Made by a program: the position numbers and the translations under genes | Part shown: positions 28,225 through 39,058 of the stretch, piece after piece | How the letters are laid out: every line of letters starts with the position of its first letter | How positions within the stretch are numbered: position 1 is the first letter of the stretch | Source: a bacterium | Lineage (GTDB): Bacteria; SM23-31 | Assembly: GCA_965249485.1 (NCBI GenBank) | Contig: OZ252239.1 | Location: 2,560,001-2,624,000 of the forward strand | DNA length: 64,000 nucleotides | Direction of reading: 5' to 3' | Notes under the pieces: generated by a model | Told to the model about the DNA's origin: nothing | Seen by the model: only the letters and a program-made list of their open reading frames with translations | The model's database searches: none

Positions 28225-30810
28225 TCAATATCTGGGAAAGATAATTCTTCTGAAATGCCATGCCTGAACAGGAAGTTCGTTTGTACCTAATGCAGGATAG
28301 TACGAGCTTCTCCTTACTGCTGCAAATGTGCTATCAATCAGTTCATCGTTATTAATATCATTTCTGAAAATGTCTATTACGGTTGCCTTTCCCCGCGTAT
28401 TTATAAGTATTTTCAGGTCTAGAATTTTGGTCTCCTGTGATTGAAAGATCGTTTGTGGGATCGACACTTCCAAACCTGTTAAGATTCTCCCGGGTTGGAC
28501 TGCAACAGAATCAGGTTCTAATGAGAAAAAGATGTCAGTATTTGGATTGGCAAGGGTATTGATTGTACTAACAATAATGAGAGAATCTCTACGATTTTTT
28601 TCTTGTCGAGCTTTTCGGCTAATCTCACGTAATCGTTCAAGCTCTTGAGCTTTCGCCTCTTCGATTTTGATATTTCTCGCTTCTTTCAATTTTACCTTAA
28701 TTGCAATAGCCATATTCGAATTTCTATAATCTGTTTCAAGTTTCTCATATAATTCGAATGCTTTAAGCGGTTCCTCAAGATCATTTTCATAAATCCAAGC
28801 GGCGGCGTAAAGTGATTTTGGTGCATAGTCAGTGTAGAAATACTTTTCGGCAAGTTCTTTATAAATCCCTATGGACGCAGAATAGTATCCGCGGTTGTAG
28901 AGTTTTTCCGCTTCATCGTAAAGTGCCTGGATAGAATCCTCTTGACTGAGATAAGGCGCATCATCAAGTTCACTCAGCTCATCTTCGCTCATGAAATATC
29001 GTGCATATTGTGTATGCCTATAATTGTTAAAAAGAATTGTTTTTATTGAATCTCCTTTTGCTGTTTCGTTATTATTGGCAATATTATAAAGAGAAAAGAG
29101 TGCCTTAGCGGCATCATCTGAATCGGGATATTTGTTCAAAAGGATATTTAAATATTTATCAGTCGAATCAATCATACTGAATTCTGTATTATATATTTCA
29201 GCAATACGGAATAAATTAGCAGCTTTTTCATTTTTTAATTGTGAAATTCGGTTCCGGTAAATAATGTAATTACGTGTATATGTATTCAATGTTTCTTCAA
29301 AAAGTGCAGTATCGTATTCTGTAAAAACCGCAGCTGGTACAATCAGAGAATCATCAGGCATGATAAAAGCAACAGTTGCAGACGAATCAATCATTTCAAT
29401 GAGACTGTCTTCAATAGTATCTTCACCAGTACCTGAAATAGAGAGAGAATCGTTTACCGTTAGTGTATCTATCATCGGTTCTGTGCTGTTTAACACAGAA
29501 TCAATGATTGCAGAAATTGAGTCTGGTTTGGGGATAATAATATAATTTTCTGTTTTCGGTCTTTCGTGTGGAAAGTCGGGCAGCGGTTCGGATATTTTTT
29601 GATATAAAGCATCAATTTCATTAATATGTTTTATCTGGCTATCAATTTGTGGTTTAATATTCTGATCCGGTTGGGCATTTAAAGCACTCGTATAATACTG
29701 TTTTGCTAAGATAAGATCAGAGTAATGATAAACATAGATTTCACCAATCGAGAACAGCGCTTCCGGCACTTTTGGTGGATCTTTAATAGGTCCAGTTGTT
29801 GACAACAGTGAATCAGTTGCTGTCAGCAGTGAATCGGGAATTTCACTCAGCTCTTGTAAAGGAAGTGGCGCCATCTGTGCGATATAATCAAATTGATCCT
29901 GAGAAATGCTGTCAGGATTTAAAACATTTAGTTGTTCAAGCACATAGATCGACTGCTCTAATTCTCCTTTGGATTCCCACAATCCAGCAATTTCAAGCAT
30001 GATGTCTGTATACCAATCCTTATATTCCTCGTCATTCAGAATAAATGAATACTCCTCAATCGCTCTATCATAATTTCCGGATAATTCAAGACTTTTACCC
30101 AATTTGAATCTGCTGTTATAGAGAATTGAAAATGGTGGATCGTAATCATTGACTCTACTATACTCTTCGACGGCTTGCTCATAGTTCTCAAGCATAAAGT
30201 AACATTCGGCAATCATGTTTTGGGCATTGCTTTTCAATTCATTGTTTTTTGATTCGGATACAAGTTGTCTACTTAATTCTATTGCACTTTCGTAATCGCC
30301 ACGCTTGAAACGAAGATTTGCCAGGCTTAAAAATGCATCTGATTTCAGTTCAGTTTTCACATCTTCAGCAGCGATGATTTCATTTAACTCATATTCAGCA
30401 AGCTCAAGCTGGCCATCATCAAGGAGAGTTTTGACGTGTAATGATCGTGCTTCAGGTACTAGTTTACTGTAGGGGAAATTGAGAATTAATTCCTGAAATT
30501 TGAGTTTTGCGTCTTCGGTTTGTCCCATAAAGTAGTAAGACTTCCCTATTATCAGAACAGCATCATCGGCCCATCTGCTATTGGGATAGAGTTCCAGAAC
30601 TCTCGAAGCTTTTGCAATGGCTATGTTAAACGCAGTGACTGCGTTTCCCGGAACGGAAGTCGAATTGCTTTTCTCAATAATATTTAATGCGTTATTATAT
30701 GATTTTTGGGCATTATAATATGAGTTGTAGTATGCACAGCCTACAAGAAATGTGACTCCTACAGATATTACTGTAATGAGAGAGATCGATCTGAAAAAAC
30801 TATTTATCAT
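28225..30810 (-). CDS. TPR-repeat lipoprotein
   Basis: Lipobox LVGC, many TPR/BamD-like repeats and an acidic low-complexity middle. Confidence 0.85.
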   Translation of the reverse strand: MINSFFRSISLITVISVGVTFLVGCAYYNSYYNAQKSYNNALNIIEKSNSTSVPGNAVTAFNIAIAKASRVLELYPNSRWADDAVLIIGKSYYFMGQTEDAKLKFQELILNFPYSKLVPEARSLHVKTLLDDGQLELAEYELNEIIAAEDVKTELKSDAFLSLANLRFKRGDYESAIELSRQLVSESKNNELKSNAQNMIAECYFMLENYEQAVEEYSRVNDYDPPFSILYNSRFKLGKSLELSGNYDRAIEEYSFILNDEEYKDWYTDIMLEIAGLWESKGELEQSIYVLEQLNVLNPDSISQDQFDYIAQMAPLPLQELSEIPDSLLTATDSLLSTTGPIKDPPKVPEALFSIGEIYVYHYSDLILAKQYYTSALNAQPDQNIKPQIDSQIKHINEIDALYQKISEPLPDFPHERPKTENYIIIPKPDSISAIIDSVLNSTEPMIDTLTVNDSLSISGTGEDTIEDSLIEMIDSSATVAFIMPDDSLIVPAAVFTEYDTALFEETLNTYTRNYIIYRNRISQLKNEKAANLFRIAEIYNTEFSMIDSTDKYLNILLNKYPDSDDAAKALFSLYNIANNNETAKGDSIKTILFNNYRHTQYARYFMSEDELSELDDAPYLSQEDSIQALYDEAEKLYNRGYYSASIGIYKELAEKYFYTDYAPKSLYAAAWIYENDLEEPLKAFELYEKLETDYRNSNMAIAIKVKLKEARNIKIEEAKAQELERLREISRKARQEKNRRDSLIIVSTINTLANPNTDIFFSLEPDSVAVQPGRILTGLEVSIPQTIFQSQETKILDLKILINTRGKATVIDIFRNDINNDELIDSTFAAVRRSSYYPALGTNELPVQAWHFRRIIFPRY

Positions 30811-30835
30811 GTTTTACCGATAAAAGGGTTAATGA

Positions 30836-31567
30836 TTATGATGAAACTGATTTTAATAATTCAGGCAGAATCTCACCTGATTTTCCTTGTATAAATTCAT
30901 CAGCATAGGGAGTCAGTAGAGTCTCTTCAATGTTGATTTCAACAATATATGTCCCCCTGTTTTTTGCCCATAACGGCATAGAGGCTGCTGGTTGAACTTG
31001 AGCTGAAGTGGCGACTGATAAAAAAATCTCTGCACTATTTATTGCCTCATCAGCTTCACTAAGTGCTTGTTGAGGTAAGTTTTCTCCGAACCACACCACA
31101 TCCGGACGGAGCATACCATTGCATTCGGTGCACTGAGGTATCCTCTTGTTCTCATTCAACTCTATTTCAGTAAAAATTTCATTACAATTAAGGCATCTGT
31201 TCCTCATAATATTTCCATGAAGCTCTATCGGTTTGCTGCTTCCGGCCCGCACATGTAATCCATCGACATTCTGTGTAATGAGATAAAATTGTTGACACAT
31301 CTTTTCGAGATCAGCAAGCTCATAGTGACCAGGATTGGGCTCAATTTCCATAATGATTTTTTGCCGGTGAAGATACCATTCCCATACAAGTTCGGGATTT
31401 CTCATAAATGCATCAAAATTTGCAAGCTCCTCCGGTTTTAATTTATTCCAGATACCATCTTCTCCACGAAAAGTTGGCACCCCGCTTTCAGCAGACATAC
31501 CGGCGCCTGTTAAAACAGCAACGGCAGGAGAACTCGTGCACAGATTAATTAACTTGTTGGAAAACAT
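30836..31567 (-). CDS. cobB: NAD-dependent protein deacylase (class III sirtuin)
   Basis: GAGMSAESG, TQNVDGLH, ELHG, two CxxC, RPDVVWFGE; YxxR motif (WYLHR). Confidence 0.95.
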   Translation of the reverse strand: MFSNKLINLCTSSPAVAVLTGAGMSAESGVPTFRGEDGIWNKLKPEELANFDAFMRNPELVWEWYLHRQKIIMEIEPNPGHYELADLEKMCQQFYLITQNVDGLHVRAGSSKPIELHGNIMRNRCLNCNEIFTEIELNENKRIPQCTECNGMLRPDVVWFGENLPQQALSEADEAINSAEIFLSVATSAQVQPAASMPLWAKNRGTYIVEINIEETLLTPYADEFIQGKSGEILPELLKSVSS

Positions 31568-31797
31568 GTTATCTATTAAATTCTTTTATGATAGAAAAGT
31601 TTCAAATCGAATTGGTCTGCACTATTGCCTCGCAAAACATGAAATGAAATAGTAATTATTGCTTGCTATTAACGTTTCTTAAAATTATCATTGAAGATAT
31701 AAGATATTCTTCCGATAATTGAAATGGAAGTTCTATAGCATCTTATGCATGTTTTATTGCAAGGATTCAAATTGTTTTATCATCCAGGGAGAATGCG

Positions 31798-32040
31798 ATG
31801 CCTGAAAATCAACTCAATGTACCGCGAATAAACATTTCACGCAATTTAACTACCAGTAAAACTTTTCAAAATACAGCAGTCAGGCGGACAAATGTAAAGT
31901 CCCGGACTGAATTTACACAATTAGTGCAACAAAACAATAATGTCACTCCTCAAGATATCGGGAATATGGCACGAAGAATCAGTATTCGTGATAACCAGTT
32001 CAAGTCTCCGCAGGACCGCTTTTTTGATATATTTATATAA
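31798..32040 (+). CDS. Small hypothetical protein
   Basis: GGGAG SD; 80-aa polar ORF in the cobB-miaA gap; sigma28-like promoter upstream. Confidence 0.6.
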   Translation: MPENQLNVPRINISRNLTTSKTFQNTAVRRTNVKSRTEFTQLVQQNNNVTPQDIGNMARRISIRDNQFKSPQDRFFDIFI

Positions 32041-32044
32041 CTTA

Positions 32045-32992
32045 TTAAATTGACTTGCCCGCGCTGATCAGAATATGTTGTGAGATTTCATCAATAATCC
32101 CTTGAAGTACCTGCTCACTCCCTTCATTAACATCAATCCATTGAACATTTTCCATTTTTTTAAACCATGTAATTTGCCGTTTTGCAAAATTTCTTGTTCG
32201 TCTCTGTATTGTTTCCAGTACTTCTTCTTTGGTGATTTCTCCATTTAAATAGAGGATAGCTTCATGATAACCGTATGTTTTCAAAGCGGTCAACTCAAGT
32301 GAATAACCCTTGTCCAATAATTGCTTTGTTTCATTGATTAGTCCTTTATCGAGCATAGTATCTACTCTTACGTTGATGCGATTATAAAGGTGCTGACGTT
32401 TCATGTGTAAACCGAAGACAAGAGCATCGAAATATTCTTGTGATTTCGAATCTTTCCAATGCTGGCTAAGCGGTTTTCCTGTTACGTTAAATACCTCAAG
32501 ACCTCTTACGATTCTTTGGACGTCATTTTTTGATATTTTAGCTGAATATTCCTGATCGACACGAATTAATTCATTATATAGTTTTTCGACCCCTTCTGTT
32601 TTAATACGGTTTTGAAGAATATGCTTCACTTCAAGATCCTTTTCGACCTCGTCAAAAAATCCGTAAAGAATCGATTGAATGTAGAGGCCGGAACCGCCCA
32701 CTATTATAGGCAGTTTATTGCGTGAAATAATATCATCGGCTTTTTTTCGAACGTCTTTGCCGAACTGACCTGCATTGTAATACTCGTCAGGCTCGAGGAT
32801 ATTAATGAAATGGTGTGGAATTTGACGAAGATATTCGGACGGAGGTTTATCGGTCCCAATGTCCATAAACCGGTACATCTGGCGTGAATCTGCTGAAATT
32901 ATTTCTCCGTTGAAATGCTTGGCAATGCGAACACCAATATCAGTTTTTCCAACTCCGGTGGGACCAACGAAAAAAACAGCTTTTCTTTGCAC
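32045..32992 (-). CDS. miaA: tRNA dimethylallyltransferase
   Basis: GPTGVGKT, ISADSRQ, GGSGLY and FAKRQITW. Confidence 0.97.
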   Translation of the reverse strand: MQRKAVFFVGPTGVGKTDIGVRIAKHFNGEIISADSRQMYRFMDIGTDKPPSEYLRQIPHHFINILEPDEYYNAGQFGKDVRKKADDIISRNKLPIIVGGSGLYIQSILYGFFDEVEKDLEVKHILQNRIKTEGVEKLYNELIRVDQEYSAKISKNDVQRIVRGLEVFNVTGKPLSQHWKDSKSQEYFDALVFGLHMKRQHLYNRINVRVDTMLDKGLINETKQLLDKGYSLELTALKTYGYHEAILYLNGEITKEEVLETIQRRTRNFAKRQITWFKKMENVQWIDVNEGSEQVLQGIIDEISQHILISAGKSI

Positions 32993-33094
32993 AGTATATG
33001 GCTAAAAAGAGAGTTCTGAATAAAATTTAATTTAATAATAATTGAGGAAAAATAATCTGTAAGTCCATACTGAAATGATAAATAATTAAAATTG

Positions 33095-33166
33095 TACGCC
33101 CGGAAGGAGTCGAACCTTCATCCCTGGAACCGGAATCCAGTACTCTATCCATTGAGCTACGGGCGC
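33095..33166 (-). tRNA. tRNA-Arg(CCG)
   Basis: Cloverleaf GCGCCCG...CTGGA-TTCCGGT-TCCAG...GGTTCGACTCC; no encoded CCA. Confidence 0.95.
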
Positions 33167-33171
33167 ATTAT

Positions 33172-34050
33172 TTACCGTGTAGATATCTCTGCCGAAAGAG
33201 TTGTATTATGAAGCAGCATAGTAATTGTCATTGGGCCCACACCTTTTGGGACAGGAGATATTGCTTCAACAATCGGTTCTACTTCATCAAAATCGACATC
33301 GCCGACAATTTTATATCCTTTTTCACGTGTAGAGTCTGTTACCCTGTTTACTCCGACATCGATAACAACAGCGCCTTCTTTAACCATATCACCTGTTATA
33401 AATCCGGGGACACCAATTGCCGCTATAAGGATATCTGCACTTTTAGTAATCGTGTGAAGATTGTTTGTTCGCGAATGGCATACCGTTACAGTAGCATTCG
33501 CACGTTTGTTCTTTTGCATCAAAAGAGCGGCTAACGGCTTACCAACAATTGTACTCCTGCCGACAATAACGACATGTTTACCTTCTGGACTATAACCGGA
33601 CCTGATTAACATTTCTATGACACCTAGCGGCGTACAGGGGACAAATCCTTCCTGTCCAATCAATAATTTACCTACATTAACCGGATGAAAGCCATCAACA
33701 TCTTTATGAGGAACTATTCTGCAGAAAATATATGGTTCGTCCATACCGTCTGGTAACGGATGCTGAATAAGAATCCCATGGATATTCGAGTCATTATTAT
33801 ACTCTTCAAGACATTGCAAAACTTTATCCTGAGAACTATCAGCTGAAAGTCTTTGCGATCTGGAGTATATCCCCGCTTTCTCACATGCTTTCTCTTTCAT
33901 ACCTACATATATGTGAGAAGCAGGATCATCACCAACGAGTATAACACCCAGGCCTGGCGTTATACCTTGCTGCGAAAGCTTTGCAACCCGTTGTGCAATT
34001 TCTTCGCGGATTATTATGCTTATTTCAGTACCATTCAGTATTTTAGCCAT
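33172..34050 (-). CDS. folD: Methylenetetrahydrofolate dehydrogenase/cyclohydrolase
   Basis: KDVDGFHP, PCTP, GRSTIVGKP and GVGPMTI. Confidence 0.97.
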   Translation of the reverse strand: MAKILNGTEISIIIREEIAQRVAKLSQQGITPGLGVILVGDDPASHIYVGMKEKACEKAGIYSRSQRLSADSSQDKVLQCLEEYNNDSNIHGILIQHPLPDGMDEPYIFCRIVPHKDVDGFHPVNVGKLLIGQEGFVPCTPLGVIEMLIRSGYSPEGKHVVIVGRSTIVGKPLAALLMQKNKRANATVTVCHSRTNNLHTITKSADILIAAIGVPGFITGDMVKEGAVVIDVGVNRVTDSTREKGYKIVGDVDFDEVEPIVEAISPVPKGVGPMTITMLLHNTTLSAEISTR

Positions 34051-34109
34051 ATTACAGACTACACTTTTTCATATATATATTGATCAAAAACAAGTATCTG
34101 TCAGAGGTT

Positions 34110-35672
34110 TTATTTCGCATATTCTATTGCGCGTAACTCCCGAATGACAGTTACTTTGATTTGTCCAGGATACTCCATATCACTCTGAATCTTTTCGGCA
34201 ATGTCCTGAGCTAGTTTAAATGCCTTGACATCGTCAATTCTACCCGGTTCAACCATTACTCTAATTTCCCTGCCAGCTTGAATTGCATACGAATTTTGTA
34301 CCCCGTCAAACGATGTTGCAACTTCTTCAAGCTTTACGAGTCTTTTAATGTAATTTTCAAGAGTTTCTCTGCGTGCGCCAGGTCGGGATCCCGAAATGGC
34401 ATCGGCCGCCTGCACAAGAATCGATATTGGTGTTGTATACGGCTCGTCTTCATGATGAGATGCTATAGCATTCAAAACAATTGGACCTTCATTGTATTTC
34501 CTTGCAAGCTCAACTCCTATCTGGACATGCGTACCTTCAGTATCTTTATCAACTGCTTTACCAATATCGTGAAACAAACCTGCTCTTTTCGCCACATTTG
34601 CATCTAAACCGAGTTCTGCAGCCATCAGCCCGGTTAACTGACCAACTTCAACAACATGTTTCAGCACATTTTGACCGTAACTCGTCCTGTATTTCAGTTT
34701 TCCGAGTAATTTGATTAGTTCAGGGTGAACTTTGTTAATTCCCAGTTCTTCCAACGCTTCCTTCCCTGCCTCAAGAATGATATCTTCCATTTCCTCCTGG
34801 GATTTCACAACAGATTCTTCAATTCTACCCGGATGAATACGTCCATCTGATATCAACTTTTCAAGGGTCATTTTTGCTATTTCACGCCGCATTGGATCAA
34901 AACCTGATAACACCACTGCTTCAGGCGTATCATCAATAATAACCTGGATACCGGTAGCAAGCTCAAATGCTCGAATATTACGCCCTTCACGACCGATTAT
35001 TCTACCTTTCATTTCTTCACTCGGAAGATTTACAACTGATACGGTTGTCTCGGCGGAGTGATCTGCTGCCGATCGCTGTATAGCAGATATCACGATTTTC
35101 TGAGCTTCCCGTTTTGCATCGAGCTGAGCTTCTTCTTTATGTTCTTTAATTGATTGAGCAATATCTTCTTTTGCCTTCTCCAAAAGATTATCCATGAGAA
35201 TTTTTTTTGCTTCATCTGCAGACATCCTTGCAACTTTTTCCAATTGTGCTGTCTGTTCGGCCAAAAGATTTTCTAATTTAATTCGTTCTTCATTAAGATT
35301 TCTATCCCGTTCCTGAAGATCTTTTTCGTAGGAATAAATTTCTTTCTCTTTTTTGTTAATTAATTCACCTTTGCGTTCAATACTATTTTCCTTGTGCATC
35401 AATGACTTTTCCAAGCGCTCAAGATCGATACGCTTCGTCTTGCTTTCTTGTTCAAATTGCTGCTTTAGTTTATACCATTCATCCTTAATCTCAAGCTCTT
35501 TTTCACGTTTAATGTTGCGCGCTTCTTTTTTAGCACTTTCTAATATTTCATCGGCTTGATGTTTTGCATTTGCTAATTTATTTTTACCGATTCGGGTACT
35601 AATAATCCAGCCTGCAACGAATGCCGCACTGATGGCGAGAATTACACCAAATAGCGTTACCGTATTTATCAT
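34110..35672 (-). CDS. rny: Ribonuclease Y
   Basis: N-terminal TM, coiled coil, KH domain (KGRIIGREGRNI) and HD domain (HDIGK). Confidence 0.97.
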   Translation of the reverse strand: MINTVTLFGVILAISAAFVAGWIISTRIGKNKLANAKHQADEILESAKKEARNIKREKELEIKDEWYKLKQQFEQESKTKRIDLERLEKSLMHKENSIERKGELINKKEKEIYSYEKDLQERDRNLNEERIKLENLLAEQTAQLEKVARMSADEAKKILMDNLLEKAKEDIAQSIKEHKEEAQLDAKREAQKIVISAIQRSAADHSAETTVSVVNLPSEEMKGRIIGREGRNIRAFELATGIQVIIDDTPEAVVLSGFDPMRREIAKMTLEKLISDGRIHPGRIEESVVKSQEEMEDIILEAGKEALEELGINKVHPELIKLLGKLKYRTSYGQNVLKHVVEVGQLTGLMAAELGLDANVAKRAGLFHDIGKAVDKDTEGTHVQIGVELARKYNEGPIVLNAIASHHEDEPYTTPISILVQAADAISGSRPGARRETLENYIKRLVKLEEVATSFDGVQNSYAIQAGREIRVMVEPGRIDDVKAFKLAQDIAEKIQSDMEYPGQIKVTVIRELRAIEYAK

Positions 35673-35718
35673 TATACCTCCATTATGTAACTCAGAAAGG
35701 CATTTTCAGGCATAAAAA

Positions 35719-35897
35719 AATCCCTGTTATATTAGTGCCAATTTAAAAGAACCTGTGTTTGACACAGCGGGTGCCAGCCTAAACGCATTTTACGTCCACG
35801 TCGAACAAGAGAGGCATGTAATTAACGCCCAGAGAATGACTCCCTATTGATATAGTGTTGGTTCTTAAAAAGTGAAACACCAAATAAAACAGGGATT
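35719..35897 (-). ncRNA. ssrS: 6S RNA
   Basis: About 180 nt between zapA and rny; terminal stem AATCCCTGTT/AACAGGGATT, inner GAACC/GGTTC, central bubble with AGGGAG..CACCC; T-run at the 3' end; TAGTAT -10 upstream. Confidence 0.88.
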
Positions 35898-35956
35898 ACA
35901 ATTGATACTACCAGAATTTCCCTATTTATACTACAATTAAGAATGTGCTCCTTATT

Positions 35957-36253
35957 TTATTCTTCTAAATCCAAGATTATACGGCTTACTTTTTCATTTA
36001 AACCTTGCGATTTTTCATCCAATGTACTGAGAATATTGGATTTTTCCTCTCGCTCTTTGTAGAGCTCATCTGCAATATTAAGTGCAGCCAAAATTGCTAC
36101 TTTTAAATTTGATTTTACCGTAAGGCTTTTTTCAATTTCTATCATTTTGTTGTTGACATAATTTGCCACATCTTGGATATAGGTTACATCTGTATCCCCT
36201 TTTATAGGATATTCAGAACCGAAAATATTTACTTTTACAACGTTTCTTTGCAT
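35957..36253 (-). CDS. zapA: Cell division protein ZapA
   Basis: VNIFGSEY and VAILAALNIADE. Confidence 0.93.
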   Translation of the reverse strand: MQRNVVKVNIFGSEYPIKGDTDVTYIQDVANYVNNKMIEIEKSLTVKSNLKVAILAALNIADELYKEREEKSNILSTLDEKSQGLNEKVSRIILDLEE

Positions 36254-36357
36254 AAATATAAGAAAAATAAAATAGTGAGCTTAACCTGTATTAAATTCTG
36301 ATTTAATTCGACATTTGAACGTTTTATGAATTGTTTAGGTGATGCCTGTTAATATGT

Positions 36358-36651
36358 TTAAGATGCCTCCGTTACTGCTTGTCTTAAGTGGTTCAATTTT
36401 ACGAGTGCATTATTAATACTATTGCGTAAAAATTCGTATTGTGTTAAAGTTAATTCTTTTTTTTGAATATTATCCTGAACCTCCGCAATTGCCTCGGTCT
36501 GGTTGGTATTGTTTACTGATTGAATTTGAATAGTTAGTTGTTCGTTATGTTCCTCTAACCTTCTGTTTTCCTCCTTTAATTGGCTAACCAGATCAGAGAT
36601 TTTATCGATCTGGATTTCCAAGCTGTTGTAAAACTCAACTTCTTTTTCCAT
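36358..36651 (-). CDS. Coiled-coil protein, ZapB-like
   Basis: Heptad pattern (LKEENRRLEE); position between pheT and zapA. Confidence 0.7.
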   Translation of the reverse strand: MEKEVEFYNSLEIQIDKISDLVSQLKEENRRLEEHNEQLTIQIQSVNNTNQTEAIAEVQDNIQKKELTLTQYEFLRNSINNALVKLNHLRQAVTEAS

Positions 36652-36655
36652 AGAG

Positions 36656-39058
36656 TTATCGCCGAATATCAATAGAATGTTTAGACTTTACAACATTTAT
36701 GATGGTGTCGATTACACTTTCCACATCTTCGTCAACTAAACTTCTGTCATTAGCAAAAAATTTTAATGACAATCGAACACTTCTGTAACGTTCTGGAATG
36801 GGATCGCCCTGAAAAACATCTTCAACCGATACTGATTTAAGTAAATCGTTGTTTATTTCACTTATCGTATTGATTAATCCCTGAACCGGTGTGGTATCCG
36901 GTATGACAAATGCCAGCTCTCTTTTTGCTGGTGGATATTTTGAAAATGGATTAAAATGATTCTCTTCAAACAAATACTTTAAAAGCAATTCTGCATGCAA
37001 TTCGAAAATAAATACGGGCTCGTTGATAGAAACAGCCAAGCTGTTGTTTCTGTATTGTCCGAATAAACCGAGTGTTTTGTCGCCCGATTTTATTACGCTG
37101 GCACTCTGTAAGTATAAATTATCATAAGAAATATATTCAATTATGTCAAGTGAAATCTTCCTGAGAAAGCCGTTCAAAATCCCCTTAATTGTAAATAAAT
37201 CGACAGGTACCTCAGTCCGGTTGTCCCATGATGGTAATGATTGCTGGCCATAGATCACCCCTGCCAGAGAGTGAGTTTCACCATGTATTTTTTTATCAAA
37301 CAATGTACTGCCGTATATTTTACCAAGCTCGAATATTCGAAGGTTATCTACATCTCTGTTCCGATTGAATAATGCCGTTTGCAGTAAACCGGGAATCAGA
37401 CTCGGACGCATGAGACTATATTCGGGAGAAATTGGATTCTTTAAAATTACAGGTCTTCCCCGATCAAGAAAATGTTCATGTAATTGTTCATCAATCATAG
37501 AGTAATTATAAACCTCTAGGAAACCAAATTCTGTCATATGTGATTTTAAACGAGATAATGCATGTGCTTGGGGATTTTTAACATTTCGTAGCTGAACAAC
37601 AGCTTTTTGAAGAGGCTCAATTTTATCTAACCCTCTTATTCGAGAAACCTCTTCAATGAGATCTATTTCTCTGGTAAGATCATGCCGGAATGTTGGTATG
37701 GTACATTGAATCTTTTCTTTCCCAATGAGTCTCGTATCAAGTTCAAGACTTTTCAATGATTTCTCAATATGATTATTCGAAAAATTAGTACCAAGAACTG
37801 AGTTGAGTCGCTTTGTTCTCATCAGCACTTTGTGTGTACCGGATTTTTTGGAATAAGTGTTATAGAAAGGTTTGTGTATCTGTCCTGGTGAAACAGATAA
37901 AATTAAAGAACAGATTTTTTCCAACGCTGTCATAGTGAAGTTAGGATCCATTCCCCGTTCAAATCGTCGCGATGCTTCGGTATAAAGACCTAAGTGCTTC
38001 GCGCTGTTCCGAATATTGATTGGATCAAAATATGCACTTTCAAGCAGTATATCTTGAGTGCTATCACTGATTTCCGAATTTAAACCACCCATTATTCCAC
38101 CAATCGCAACCGGTTTTTTTGCATCGCAAATCATTACAACATCTTCATTGAGCGTCCTTTTAACATTATCCAGAGTGATGAATTGCTGCTTTTTTTTCGC
38201 AGTTTTAACAATGATTTTATTTCCATCTAAATGATTTAGATCAAATGCATGGAGCGGTTGTCCCAGCTCAATAAGACAATAATTGGTAGCATCAACAATG
38301 TTATTTATTGGCCGAATTCCTGCAGCAAATAAACGCTGTTGCATAATAAACGGCGATGGTTTTGTCTTGATTCCGGTAATAATTGCGCCACAGTAACGCG
38401 GACACTTTTCAGGATCAATAATTTCTATGGAAAAGTCAAAATCTTCCATCTTTTTTCCAGGAGGGAGTTTTATATCGAAAGTTTTTAGCTTTTTCCCGCT
38501 GAGAGCAGCAATTTCACGAGCAAGCCCTCTGACACTCATACAATCTGGTCTGTTGGGATTAATGAAAATGTCGAAAACAGTATCACCCTGAAACTCAAGC
38601 GGTATGAAGGTGCTCCCAGGTTTGAATTGTTTAGACAATTCCATAATTGTATCAGCTTTTTGCGATAAACCAAGCTCAATCTCGGAACATATCATACCAC
38701 CTGAATCAACTCCCCGGATTTTAGCTCTTTTAATTTCTAATCCTGAAGGTAACTGTGAACCAGATAAAACTACAGGCACTCTAAGGCCTTTTTTTACATT
38801 CGGCGCACCGCAGACGATCTGCTCAGTCCTGTCACCAAGGTTCACCTGACATATTGAAAGATGTGTAGAACTGGGGTGGGATTTGATTTGGTCAATGATA
38901 CCAATCACTACGTTTCCAAAAAGCGGAGGTATTGGACCTATTGATTCTACTTCCGACCCAGAGAGGGTCAGTTTCTCAGCAAGTTCATCCGGCGACCAGG
39001 GTATATCGACATATTCCTGAAGCCATTTGTAGGTTACTTTCAATTCTATCCTCTTCAA
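36656..39058 (-). CDS. pheT: Phenylalanine--tRNA ligase beta subunit
   Basis: IVCGAPN, PNRPDC, ESAYF and DLIEEV. Confidence 0.97.
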   Translation of the reverse strand: MKRIELKVTYKWLQEYVDIPWSPDELAEKLTLSGSEVESIGPIPPLFGNVVIGIIDQIKSHPSSTHLSICQVNLGDRTEQIVCGAPNVKKGLRVPVVLSGSQLPSGLEIKRAKIRGVDSGGMICSEIELGLSQKADTIMELSKQFKPGSTFIPLEFQGDTVFDIFINPNRPDCMSVRGLAREIAALSGKKLKTFDIKLPPGKKMEDFDFSIEIIDPEKCPRYCGAIITGIKTKPSPFIMQQRLFAAGIRPINNIVDATNYCLIELGQPLHAFDLNHLDGNKIIVKTAKKKQQFITLDNVKRTLNEDVVMICDAKKPVAIGGIMGGLNSEISDSTQDILLESAYFDPINIRNSAKHLGLYTEASRRFERGMDPNFTMTALEKICSLILSVSPGQIHKPFYNTYSKKSGTHKVLMRTKRLNSVLGTNFSNNHIEKSLKSLELDTRLIGKEKIQCTIPTFRHDLTREIDLIEEVSRIRGLDKIEPLQKAVVQLRNVKNPQAHALSRLKSHMTEFGFLEVYNYSMIDEQLHEHFLDRGRPVILKNPISPEYSLMRPSLIPGLLQTALFNRNRDVDNLRIFELGKIYGSTLFDKKIHGETHSLAGVIYGQQSLPSWDNRTEVPVDLFTIKGILNGFLRKISLDIIEYISYDNLYLQSASVIKSGDKTLGLFGQYRNNSLAVSINEPVFIFELHAELLLKYLFEENHFNPFSKYPPAKRELAFVIPDTTPVQGLINTISEINNDLLKSVSVEDVFQGDPIPERYRSVRLSLKFFANDRSLVDEDVESVIDTIINVVKSKHSIDIRR

